This document shows, in pieces, positions 13,011 through 23,604 of a DNA stretch of 41,771 nucleotides (the stretch's first letter is position 1; every line of letters begins with the position of its first letter). A program made the position numbers and the translations under genes. Below the pieces are notes generated by a model. It was not told where the DNA came from and did no database searches. It saw only the letters and a list, made by a program, of their open reading frames with translations. Location: assembly GCF_001194135.2 (NCBI RefSeq), contig NC_069000.1:33131556-33173326 (forward strand), written 5' to 3'. This DNA comes from Octopus bimaculoides. Lineage: Eukaryota.

Positions 13011-13142
13011 TATGCGTGTATGTGTATGTATATATTACATATATGCGTGTATGTGTATGTATATATTACATATATGCGTGTATGTGTATGTATATATTAC
13101 ATATATGCGTGTATGTGTATGTATATATTACATATATGCGTG
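13011..13142. repeat. 31-bp minisatellite, about 4.2 copies (TGCGTGTATGTGTATGTATATATTACATATA)
   Basis: TGCGTG recurs at 13013, 13044, 13075, 13106 and 13137. Confidence 0.95.
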
Positions 13143-13164
13143 TGCCTGTGCCTGTGTGTGTATA

Positions 13165-13350
13165 CCAGAACTTGACAATCGGTGTTAGTGACTTTACGTC
13201 CCCGTAACCTAGCTGTCCGACAAAAGAGAACGATAGAATAAGTGCCAGGCTAAAAAAACAATAAGTACTGAGGTCGGTTCGTTCGACCGAATTTCTTCAA
13301 GACGGTGGCTCAGCATGCCCGCAGTCTAATAACTGGAACAAATAAAAGAT
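13165..13350 (+). mobile_element. SINE family A, 3' half
   Basis: cttgacaatcggtgttagtgactttacgtccccgtaacc...gatagaataagtgccaggc...acggtggctcagcatgcccgcagtc. Confidence 0.8.
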
Positions 13351-13767
13351 AAACGTAAAAGACGTACAATTATTTTCAAGACAACGGCATTATAATATGA
13401 GGAGCTGTGGACGAATTTTATAAAACATAGTAGAGAATGCTCTCCAAGACCATCCCCACAGAAAGGATTGTTAAAGCACCAGGGAGAGATGAATCCCTTC
13501 TTCCAGACCACAGACAACAGAAAGTAAAATGTTTCAAAGCTATTAACACTTTGTTCACTCTGAGTAGAGACAGTACAATGTCGTCGGATCGAATGTCTTG
13601 GAGTTAATGTTATGAGTTGCAATACGGACGACACGTATGTAAGTCAATCAATATTCTCTTTACTTTTGATAATGGATTATCCTTTTATATACACATATCT
13701 ATATACATGCACACCCATACACATAAATAGATAGATATACATATATGCATATATACATGCACGCTTT

Positions 13768-13825
<58 letters not shown>

Positions 13826-14634
13826 NNNNNNNNNNNNNNNNNNNNNNNNNNNNNNNNNNNNNNNNNNNNNNNNNNNNNNNNNNNNNNNNNNNNNNNNNNN
13901 NNNNNNNNNNNNNNNNNNNNNNNNNNNNNNNNNNNNNNNNNNNNNNNNNNNNNNNNNNNNNNNNNNNNNNNNNNNNNNNNNNNNNNNNNNNNNNNNNNNN
14001 NNNNNNNNNNNNNNNNNNNNNNNNNNNNNNNNNNNNNNNNNNNNNNNNNNNNNNNNNNNNNNNNNNNNNNNNNNNNNNNNNNNNNNNNNNNNNNNNNNNN
14101 NNNNNNNNNNNNNNNNNNNNNNNNNNNNNNNNNNNNNNNNNNNNNNNNNNNNNNNNNNNNNNNNNNNNNNNNNNNNNNNNNNNNNNNNNNNNNNNNNNNN
14201 NNNNNNNNNNNNNNNNNNNNNNNNNNNNNNNNNNNNNNNNNNNNNNNNNNNNNNNNNNNNNNNNNNNNNNNNNNNNNNNNNNNNNNNNNNNNNNNNNNNN
14301 NNNNNNNNNNNNNNNNNNNNNNNNNNNNNNNNNNNNNNNNNNNNNNNNNNNNNNNNNNNNNNNNNNNNNNNNNNNNNNNNNNNNNNNNNNNNNNNNNNNN
14401 NNNNNNNNNNNNNNNNNNNNNNNNNNNNNNNNNNNNNNNNNNNNNNNNNNNNNNNNNNNNNNNNNNNNNNNNNNNNNNNNNNNNNNNNNNNNNNNNNNNN
14501 NNNNNNNNNNNNNNNNNNNNNNNNNNNNNNNNNNNNNNNNNNNNNNNNNNNNNNNNNNNNNNNNNNNNNNNNNNNNNNNNNNNNNNNNNNNNNNNNNNNN
14601 NNNNNNNNNNNNNNNNNNNNNNNNNNNNNNNNNN

Positions 14635-15010
14635 TATGCACAAAAAATTGAAATTTTTTTTTTTTCTGTGCCTCTGATTAAAATTTTCGAAAAACAAATC
14701 CCGCCACATTACTTGGGAAAAAATAATCTTTATTGTGCTGGTTTTTCGTAAAATTTCGCGCATGGGAAAGGCAACAAAATCGCCCTCCCCACTTTGAATG
14801 GGATATTCCTATCTTAAAAAGTAATAATCTATTATCTCGGTAACCATGGGAGTTGGAGGGCAATAAAAATCTCCTGAACATGAGCGGACCTTGCTGCCGC
14901 TCTGTGCTGAATTTCACGCGATTCCACTGCACCGTTCTCGAGTGAATCTGCCGACACTCAATCAATCAATCGATCAAGCAATCAAGGACACTGCAATTTA
15001 TAGTATAGAT
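14635..15010 (+). mobile_element. Probable non-autonomous Helitron/Helentron-type (DINE-1/Lep1-like) 3' part
   Basis: The order is ...tgaatttcacgcgattccactgcaccgttctcgagtg, then a (TCAA)n tract, then a terminal TTTATAGTATAGAT. This architecture is recalled from DINE-1/Lep1-type elements. The 5' end is lost in the gap. Confidence 0.4.
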
Positions 15011-15539
15011 ATACATTCATATTTACGTATGTATGTATATCTATCTATGTATGTATATGGGTGTGTATGAACATATATATGTATATATAAAAGGATAATA
15101 ATAATATTATTTGAATTGTGAATTTATACTTGCTCACTAATGTTCGTTTGGAAGTCTCGGTGCCTTCAGCTGAGCAGACGCGCACGGAATGCAAAATATA
15201 TTTTAAAGAATAGTTTATGTAGTACGCCTGACTGATGTGCTTTAAATAACTTTGGCACAGAAAGCAAAATCAATTGATACTGAGATATCTACTCTCCTAT
15301 TTGTAGTTTATAAATGGGTGGACTGGTTTTTTTTATTTAGTGTATTTGCTGCATTCTCCGTGCGTGTTTGCATATAGTGAGAGATGGGTGGATTCATACA
15401 GTTTTAACTTTTCTTTCTAGCAAACAGATGCATATTGGACCCTGACTTTTAATATATATTGTGCATATTTTGCCTATTTGGTTATGTTTGCTGGCCACTT
15501 TGTCATTATTTTTTAAAAATATAATGATAACTTAGTTGA

Positions 15540-15583
<44 letters not shown>

Positions 15584-16123
15584 NNNNNNNNNNNNNNNNN
15601 NNNNNNNNNNNNNNNNNNNNNNNNNNNNNNNNNNNNNNNNNNNNNNNNNNNNNNNNNNNNNNNNNNNNNNNNNNNNNNNNNNNNNNNNNNNNNNNNNNNN
15701 NNNNNNNNNNNNNNNNNNNNNNNNNNNNNNNNNNNNNNNNNNNNNNNNNNNNNNNNNNNNNNNNNNNNNNNNNNNNNNNNNNNNNNNNNNNNNNNNNNNN
15801 NNNNNNNNNNNNNNNNNNNNNNNNNNNNNNNNNNNNNNNNNNNNNNNNNNNNNNNNNNNNNNNNNNNNNNNNNNNNNNNNNNNNNNNNNNNNNNNNNCCC
15901 ATTTTAATTCAAATTAATTATTTTACCCCAATTTCCTATACAATCATTTGTGCGTGTGTGTGTGTGTGCGTGTGTGTGTATGTGTGTGCAGAAAAAATAG
16001 AACCAAATGCACTTACACATTCACATACATTTACAAACATACAGATTCGGTTAAACGCATATGACATAAATGTGAGCACATTCACATACACACACACACA
16101 CACACACACATACACACATATAA

Positions 16124-16196
<73 letters not shown>

Positions 16197-16694
16197 TATG
16201 TATTAGACGCATACCAATACACACGCATATACACTGAGGCATACTGAAATCCGCATACTGAAACCCAAACAAATACATTATCATAAAATCCACACCAAAC
16301 AATTTCCAGCAATAAGAACAACACCATTGGCAGAAGTATCTGCTAAAGTAATAAAACTAAACTGAAGCGAAGTGAAGGAGGTCTAGTGAGAGGTACTTAC
16401 AAATTGAATGGTGGGGTGTTAATATTTTATAACAGACGGTGAACTTTCCCATACGGTGTATCTCAACATGACTGACGAGAAACCACAATGGAATATAAAG
16501 AAAAAAATGGATAACGGAATAGGAAGGACTTAACTTTAATTGTATTTTTTTTTCTACGGGAGAGGTTCCCTTTGTTTTCGCTTTGGGATTTGTATGTGTG
16601 TGTGTGTGTTTAATTGTATTGTCCCGGAATAACTATAAAACACTTTTTTATTTTTATTATTATGAATTGCCTGTCTACATTTCTATTAATGTTA

Positions 16695-16890
16695 GCTGGG
16701 CGAATTAGCAGAATTGTAAGGGAATCGGACAAAATATTTTGTGATATTTTTTGCATGCTGATTTCAAATCCCGCCGTGGCGAACACTGCCTTTGATCCTT
16801 TACGGTTCGATGAAATAAATTACCAGTCCAGCGCTGGAGTCGAAGGTAGGAACTAACTACCACCTCGCAAAATCGTGGACCTTATAACTA
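16695..16890 (+). mobile_element. SINE family B, degenerate
   Basis: gggcgaattagcagaattgtaag...atttcaaatcccgccgtggcgaacactgcctttgatcctttacggttcgatgaaataaattaccag. Confidence 0.7.
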
Positions 16891-16911
16891 GATTAGATAA
16901 GTCATAATAAA

Positions 16912-17128
16912 TAATCTTTTCTACTCTAAGCACAAGACCAGAAATTTTGGGGAAAGGGGCCAGTCGATTAGATCGATTCCAGGACGCAACTGATACTTAA
17001 TTTATCGACCCCGAAAGAATGAAAGACAATATCGAGCTCGGCGGAATTTGAACTCAGAACATAAAGATATTCGAAATGCCGCTAAGCACTTCGCCCGTCG
17101 GGCTAACGTTTCTGCCAGCTCGCCACCT
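16912..17128 (-). mobile_element. SINE family B, best-preserved copy
   Basis: The rc reads GGTGGCGAGCTGGCAGAAACGTTAGCCCGACGGGCGAAGTGCTTAGCGG...GAGTTCAAATTCCGCCGAG (B-box), then TTTCATTCTTTCGGGGTCGATAAATTAAGTATCAG. Confidence 0.88.
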
Positions 17129-17464
17129 TTAAATCGTCATGAATAATAATTTCTAAATGAAACGGCGTGTTGACCTAACACTCTGTGATTACTGAAATCA
17201 TTATATGCATTTTTCTAATGCAGTCGAACGAACAAACCAATGTGTGGAAATGGAACGGCCGAGAAGTTATGGTGGAAACATAAGTAGGGTGTTTGATGCA
17301 GAGGTCGAGGCGAGAAATCAGAGTCTCGTACTGTCTACAATGCAGTGCAAGAGTTACTTTAAGAATACTGGTAACACCGTTGATCTTTGTCTCGTCGTCA
17401 CCTTTGTAGTGCGGTACAGACGGGTCGTCAGCGAAGGAGTAGCCAAACCTAACTTATGATCGAG

Positions 17465-17500
<36 letters not shown>

Positions 17501-17971
17501 NNNNNNNNNNNNNNNNNNNNNNNNNNNNNNNNNNNNNNNNNNNNNNNNNNNNNNNNNNNNNNNNNNNNNNNNNNNNNNNNNNNNNNNNNNNNNNNNNNNN
17601 NNNNNNNNNNNNNNNNNNNNNNNNNNNNNNNNNNNNNNNNNNNNNNNNNNNNNNNNNNNNNNNNNNNNNNNNNNNNNNNNNNNNNNNNNNNNNNNNATAT
17701 ATATATATATATATATAAGATCATAGAGAAATTTAACAGTTGGTGCAGAAAGATATATCATAAAACCGGCTAAAGGTTCAGAACAGAAAGCCCAACAATT
17801 ACACTTGTTGCACTATGAGACCCTTGAGGACTTTCTGCTCCGAGGAAGCAGAAAATTACAAGAAGAGATAGCAGAATCTGGAAATAGTGGAGATGATTGC
17901 TCCGTCCTCGCTCCTAAAAGTTGAAGAAGCAGTTGCCCCCTCGCAGGAGAAATAAATCATTTACTTAAAAT

Positions 17972-18240
17972 CAGCAGTTCTCAAACCATTTCTTGCCTGT
18001 AGACCTCTTTAATTCCTATTTCGCTCTACTAGAACTCCATAGCCATTTACAGAATATATAAAAAAATCTTTCTGTGTTTTTATAATTAAATATTATTAGG
18101 AACCGTATAAAACGATTAAAGCATTTTGTGTTTTGTAGAAATATAGCCAATTTATGGCACAAATTTTAACTATAACACCATATACGTGAGCGGGGCCCTT
18201 ATAAGATTTTACCGTTAAGAATCCAAAGGTCGAGAAGTAA
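17972..18240. mobile_element. Degenerate hAT (Charlie-type) MITE
   Basis: Begins CAGCAGTTCTCAAACC, a hAT-Charlie-like TIR. The interior is AT-rich, and there is only a decayed partner TIR (ggtcgagaagt) near 18230. Confidence 0.4.
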
Positions 18241-19160
18241 AGGTAAAATATATGTGAAGCACAAAATGAAGTTCCCGCCTGAGCGACATTGTTCCTGAGG
18301 ATACACTAGATATCGATTAAGGTCGACTGAATAATCTATTCCAAACGAATCTTGAAAACAAATCTTCCAAACAAATCTTGCAAAAAAGTTTCTGGTGAGG
18401 TGGAGTTAAACTCAACAGGCACTGCAGTGCAGTCAGCTGAACCTCAGATAGGTGCAAGGTGACGAAACTACATGTATTCGTTCAGTTTCAAGTATTGCTG
18501 ACTTGTGGAGTTATGTGGTCACGAGTTGGAAGGGTTTTGTTGTCGGTCGAGTCCATCTGGGAGGTTATGCCACCGCCACCTTTCTTTGTTGGCTGGGGTG
18601 AAAGTGTGTAGGGGAAGAAATTGAAATGTCTGATGAATATATATTTCACTTTGGTCATACCCAGCTACTTTAATTACCACTTGAATAAGAAAATAAATCT
18701 GAACAGAGAAGTTGTCCTCGCAAACGAGCCCGCTCTTAACGTGTGTATGTAGACGAAAAACACAGCTTGTAGAACGTTTTTTGTCGTCAAACGCTGTCCT
18801 GTATTTGATCCGGTCTTGATTGACCATGGGTGATTTTTTCAGTTATTGGGATATTTCATTTAATTCCATTTTGATATTTTTGTTTTTCATTCCTGTTTTG
18901 TAACATGTCCTATAATGTTCCGTGACATATCCCCTTTGAGAAAGAATATAGAAATCATTGTTATTATAATGTTCAAATCCTGCTGTTTTCACATTTGCCT
19001 TTCACCATTTCGGAGTCGATATAATTCACTAATTCCTCTCTTCTCTAAACTTATAGTCCTCTGCCTGTTACAAAAGATTATTATAATTATATTTTAAAAT
19101 ATATCAAGAATTGTTACAAGGAATAAACTGAGAAATCAATTCTTGTTAGTAATGTATGTG

Positions 19161-19165
<5 letters not shown>

Positions 19166-19250
<85 letters not shown>
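19166..19250. repeat. (AG)n microsatellite
   Basis: Read directly. Confidence 0.97.
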
Positions 19251-19253
<3 letters not shown>

Positions 19254-19757
19254 GTGCGTGTCTTTTCTTTTTGCAAAGATATGTTCAAGAAGGATGAGCA
19301 AGAAGGAGGGAGGATGTACAAAAGCATACGAAAGTTAATTCGTTGAGACAGATAAGTGACAGAGTGATAATAAAATGGTACTGTCATATATGATAGATTG
19401 GGGTCATGTCAGAAATACACCGTCACGCATACAGAAGCAAGTACACACACACACACACATATATATATGTACAGCTTTACCTACTGACAAGCATATACAG
19501 GCGAACATAGACACACACACACACCCTAACAACACAGACACTAAACCTCTTAGAGTTTGTCTGTTGCTTGAAGGTTAGTTATGTGTCACTGACTTTCAAA
19601 CTTATTTCATTGTAGGTGGTTTTGTTATAAACAACATTACGAATATATAACGTTATCTTCTAATTTTAACTGCTACGAGGTTTGACTTTGTCCTGTAAAG
19701 TCAAATGTCCAAAGTCGATAGGATAGACTTCTGCCTTTGTCCTTCGGTGGAATAGTG

Positions 19758-19825
19758 CAGCAGTTCCCAATTTTTTTTACACCACGGACCGATTTAATGC
19801 AAAGTAATTTTTCCATGGACCGTGG
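19758..19825 (+). mobile_element. hAT-Charlie terminal fragment (MER1/Charlie3-like end)
   Basis: CAGCAGTTCCCAATTTTTTTTACACCACGGACCGATTTAATGCAAAGTAATTTTTCCATGGACCG resembles the recalled MER1-type terminus CAGCGGTCCCCAACCTTTTTGGCACCAGGGACCGG...AATTTTTCCACGGACCG. Confidence 0.55.
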
Positions 19826-20053
19826 AAGTACGTACATAACTAAACACAATAAAATGCATAGCATATAATTCAATTATATATATATATATATATATATATA
19901 TNNNNNNNNNNNNNNNNNNNNNNNNNNNNNNNNNNNNNNNNNNNNNNNNNNNNNNNNNNNNNNNNNNNNNNNNNNNNNNNNNNNNNNNNNNNNNNNNNNN
20001 NNNNNNNNNNNNNNNNNNNNNNNNNNNNNNNNNNNNNNNNNNNNNNNNNNNNN

Positions 20054-20128
<75 letters not shown>

Positions 20129-20910
20129 TTGATGATTGAGGAGGCAACACACAGAAACGATTTTGTTTGCTTGTGCTCTGGCAATCCTAAAAACTGCCGT
20201 TGGTCGTACTCAGAAAAGAGCAGTTGCAGCAACTATGGTCTTCACCGCTGGAATCTGCTAACTGCTGCTACCTCTGTTACTACTTGCCAATCATATTTTT
20301 TATTCGTTCCTCGTGTTCTTCTTTTCAAAATATCCTTAAACAGTCTTTACTTTCACTGGTAAATCAACAGGACTCTCTGCTTTATACCATCTGTTTTAGC
20401 TGCTCTCTTCTCTCTCAGGTAGAGTAACAGAACTCCCGGGTCACAGGGACCTGGATTATAGTACAGGTTTCATTTTACCACGTGTTATCGAGGGTCATCT
20501 GTGCGTGCACTGTCTTACCGACTTTGTCTCAAGGATACGTCAAGCTAAGGAGTAATATCAGCACCAATATCTCAGGCCGTGACCCTCACATTTTCTTTTA
20601 TTCTCTACTGTTTCAGCCTGCGTGAAAATATGTGGGGCGCCGATATTGCATGACTTCTTATTTTACTCCAGGGTTCATAAACAAGTTTGACGTTTACATA
20701 TATCCTACTACGGTTGATAGAGCACGCATCCTGCCACACGTCAGCCATTATCATCATCATCTCATTATCATCATCATCGTCGTTGTCTTTACAGTGTTCA
20801 GCCACAATTCGTAGTAGCAGGAGGAACACAACACAAACCCCGGGCTAACAAGCACACATCAATTTCGCTGCGCTTCACAGCTTGCCGTAGATTCTACTTA
20901 GGGTCAGGTT

Positions 20911-21154
20911 CCTTTTATCTTTTACTTGTTTCAGTAATTTGACTGTGGTCATGCTGGGGCACTACCTTCAAGGGTCTTGCTCGAATATATCGACCTCGGG
21001 ACATATTCCTTAAGCCTAGCTTTTATTCTATCGATCACTTTGCCGAACCTTGGTTACGCTTGGATACGGGAATGTAACGCTTGGTTATGGGAATGTAAAC
21101 ACACTAACACCCATTGCCAAGTGGTGGCGGGGGGGCAAACACAGACTCAATGAG

Positions 21155-21190
<36 letters not shown>

Positions 21191-21390
21191 CATATGCGAG
21201 TGTGTGTGTGTGTGTGTGTGTATACGACGGGCTTCTTTCAGTTTCCGTCTACCAGGTCCACCTACAAGGTTTTGGCCATCCCCTGAAGCTATAGTAGAAA
21301 ACACTTGCTCAACGTACCACTCAGTGGGACTAAACTTGGAACCATGTGATTGAGAACCAAGATTCTTACCACACAGTCACACCTGCGCCT
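20911..21390 (-). mobile_element. SINE family A, full length
   Basis: Tail cttgtttcagtaatttgactgtggtcatgctgg; internal (CA)n/(TG)n; tacgacgggcttctttcagtttccgtctacc; head cacacagtcacacctgcgcct. Confidence 0.9.
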
Positions 21391-21768
21391 ATGTAGTGGA
21401 AATATTGAATAGTTAAGTGCCCAGTCCGTGGAAGGAAACCAGTTCATGTGACATAAAAAAAAAACCTGAAAATATGTTTCACGTACGCTTATACTCTACA
21501 AACTTCATTCGAATTAGTATATTTAGCATATGTTGGGCAAGTTAAATTGCTCATTAATTTGCTGTTAGCAATCTTGTACCATCAGATGCTTGGTCATTGA
21601 ATTTTCTTCTTCCACCAGTCCTAGCAATAGTAACATATTCTAAATCATTTAATTGGACGACAGGACCGAGAACGGAGAAGTCAAAAAACACTCAAACTTT
21701 AAATATTGTTTGCTTATTATTTAATTAACTTATTAACATTTTTATTGTCGATACATGTATATATCACA

Positions 21769-22213
21769 GGAGGCGCAATGGCCCAGTGGTTAGGGCAGCG
21801 GACTCACGGTCATAGGATCGCGGTTTCGATTCCCAGACCGGGCGCTGTGAGTGTTTATNNNNNNNNNNTCGCGGTTTCGATTCCCAGACCGGGCGCTGTG
21901 AGTGTTTATTGAGCGAAAACACCTAAAGCTCCATGAGGCTCCGGCAGGGGGTGGTGGCGAATCCGTCTGTACTCTTTCACCACAACTTTCTCTCACTCTT
22001 ACTTCCTGTTCCTGTTTCTGTTGTGCCTCTAATTCAAAGGGTCAGACTTGTCACACTGTGTCACGCTGAATATCCCCGAGAAATACGTTAAGGGTACACG
22101 TGTGTGTGGAGTGCTCAGCCACTTGCACGTTAATTTTACGAGCAGGCTGTTCCGTTGATCGGATCAATTGGAACCCTCGACGTCGTAAGCGACGGAGTGC
22201 CAACAACAACATC
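21769..22213 (+). mobile_element. SINE family C (tRNA-derived), full length with 10-bp TSD
   Basis: A-box TGGCCCAGTGG, B-box GGTTTCGATTCCC and a (CAA)n tail. ATATATCACA is directly repeated at 21759-21768 and 22214-22223. Confidence 0.92.
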
Positions 22214-22244
22214 ATATATCACAATAAAAAATAACTATTCTGTT

Positions 22245-22517
22245 ATAAGACTTGTGAGTGGATTTGGTAGATAGAAACTAAAAGAAGTCTGTCGTATGTA
22301 TGTATGTATGTATGTATGTATATATGTATGTATATCTTTGTGTTTAGAGTGTTTGTGTTCCCGTAACTTAGCGCTTCGACAAAATAGGCCGCTATAATAA
22401 GTATTACGCTTTTAAAAAATGAAGTCTTGCAGTCAGTTTGTTCTACTACAACCCTTCAAAGCGGTGACCCAACATGGCAGCAGTCAAATGACTGAAACAA
22501 GTAAAAGAAAAAGATAA
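22245..22517 (+). mobile_element. SINE family A, 5'-truncated
   Basis: cttgtgagtggatttggtagatagaaactaaaagaagtctgtcgt...gcggtgacccaacatggcagcagtcaaatgactgaaacaagtaaaag. Confidence 0.85.
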
Positions 22518-22613
22518 AACTTATATCACTTCAGTTAATGACCCGTAAAATACGAAAAAAATAGTAAGGGCTGCAGTGCATAACGGTACATACACGCGTG
22601 CGCGCATGCAAAC

Positions 22614-22671
<58 letters not shown>

Positions 22672-23124
22672 ATTCTGGTTAGTAGCACAAATATGCACTA
22701 AGGGAGTAAAAACTTGGTACATTTAAGCCACATATTTAATCTCTGAGAGTGCACAAGAACTAAACAGACAGATTGTACTATGAGCGATGCGAATGCAAAC
22801 AGAAATATTAGGTAACAAATATATCAGATGAAAAATATAGAATATTTTTTACAAGCTAACTTACGGAACACGTAGAAGGTTAGTTGTCTATTCTCACTGA
22901 GAGCTAGTGTTGAGTTAAAAAACAAAAACACCTTTCATTTAGACACAGAGTAGATGGAAGGAGATATCCAGGGCGCTTGTTATATAAATAAAATTGTCTA
23001 AGAACGGACAAAAAACGAAACGGTCAGTAGGGCAGAGGTTATCAGGAAACGGTAGTAAAAATACCTCGTTAGATACTACGCTTAAACATACATGCACACA
23101 TATGCACACATGAATACATAAATG

Positions 23125-23216
<92 letters not shown>

Positions 23217-23217
<1 letters not shown>

Positions 23218-23604
23218 TCTTTTGCTCTTTTAATTGTTTCAGCCATTTGACTGCGGCCATGCTGGAGCACCGCCTTTAGTCGAGGAAATCGACCCCAGGA
23301 CTTATTCTATCGGTCTATTTTGCCGAATCGCTAAGTTACGGGGACGTAAACACACCACAATCGGTTGTCAAGCGGTGTTGGGGGCACAAACACAGACACA
23401 CAAACACACACACACATATATATACATATACATATATATACGACGGGCTTCTTTCAGTTTCCGTCTTCCAAATCCACTCACAAGGATTTGGTCGGCCCGA
23501 GGCTATAGCAGAAGACACTTGCACAAGGTGCCACGCAGTGGGACTGAACATAGAACCACGTGGTTGGTAAGCAAGCTACTTACCACACAGCCACTCCTAC
23601 GCCT
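23217..23604 (-). mobile_element. SINE family A, full length, least diverged copy
   Basis: Complete collinear head, body and tail. The rc head is AGGCGTAGGAGTGGCTGTGTGGTAAGTAGCTTGCTTACCAACCACGTGGTTC. It is flanked by (TA)n. Confidence 0.95.

Noticed and set aside
13326-13634. 102-aa minus-strand ORF ending ...SPWCFNNPFCGDG...
   Set aside because: No recognisable family or supporting splice sites, and its end overlaps a SINE tail. It cannot be excluded but is unsupported.
8818-15907. Long ORFs (120-486 aa) in the supplied track
   Set aside because: They read through N-gaps and (CA)/(TA)/(GGT) tracts (X, HTHT, CVCV and YIYI runs) and carry no coding information.
16473-16484. CTGACGAGAAAC, a hammerhead-like core
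   Set aside because: There is zero spacing for stem II, and no stem III/NUH or stem I pairing.
18519-18827. 102-aa minus-strand ORF MVNQDRIKY...
   Set aside because: No motif or family recognised, and its length is compatible with chance.
20519-20617. 99-nt minus-strand exon with good AG/GTAAGA sites
   Set aside because: Stop codons occur in all three frames, so it could be non-coding at most.
21769-21845. tRNA genes (also 33455-33530 and the heads of families A and B)
   Set aside because: A and B boxes are present, but they run into SINE bodies with tails and TSDs, and there is no closed cloverleaf acceptor stem.
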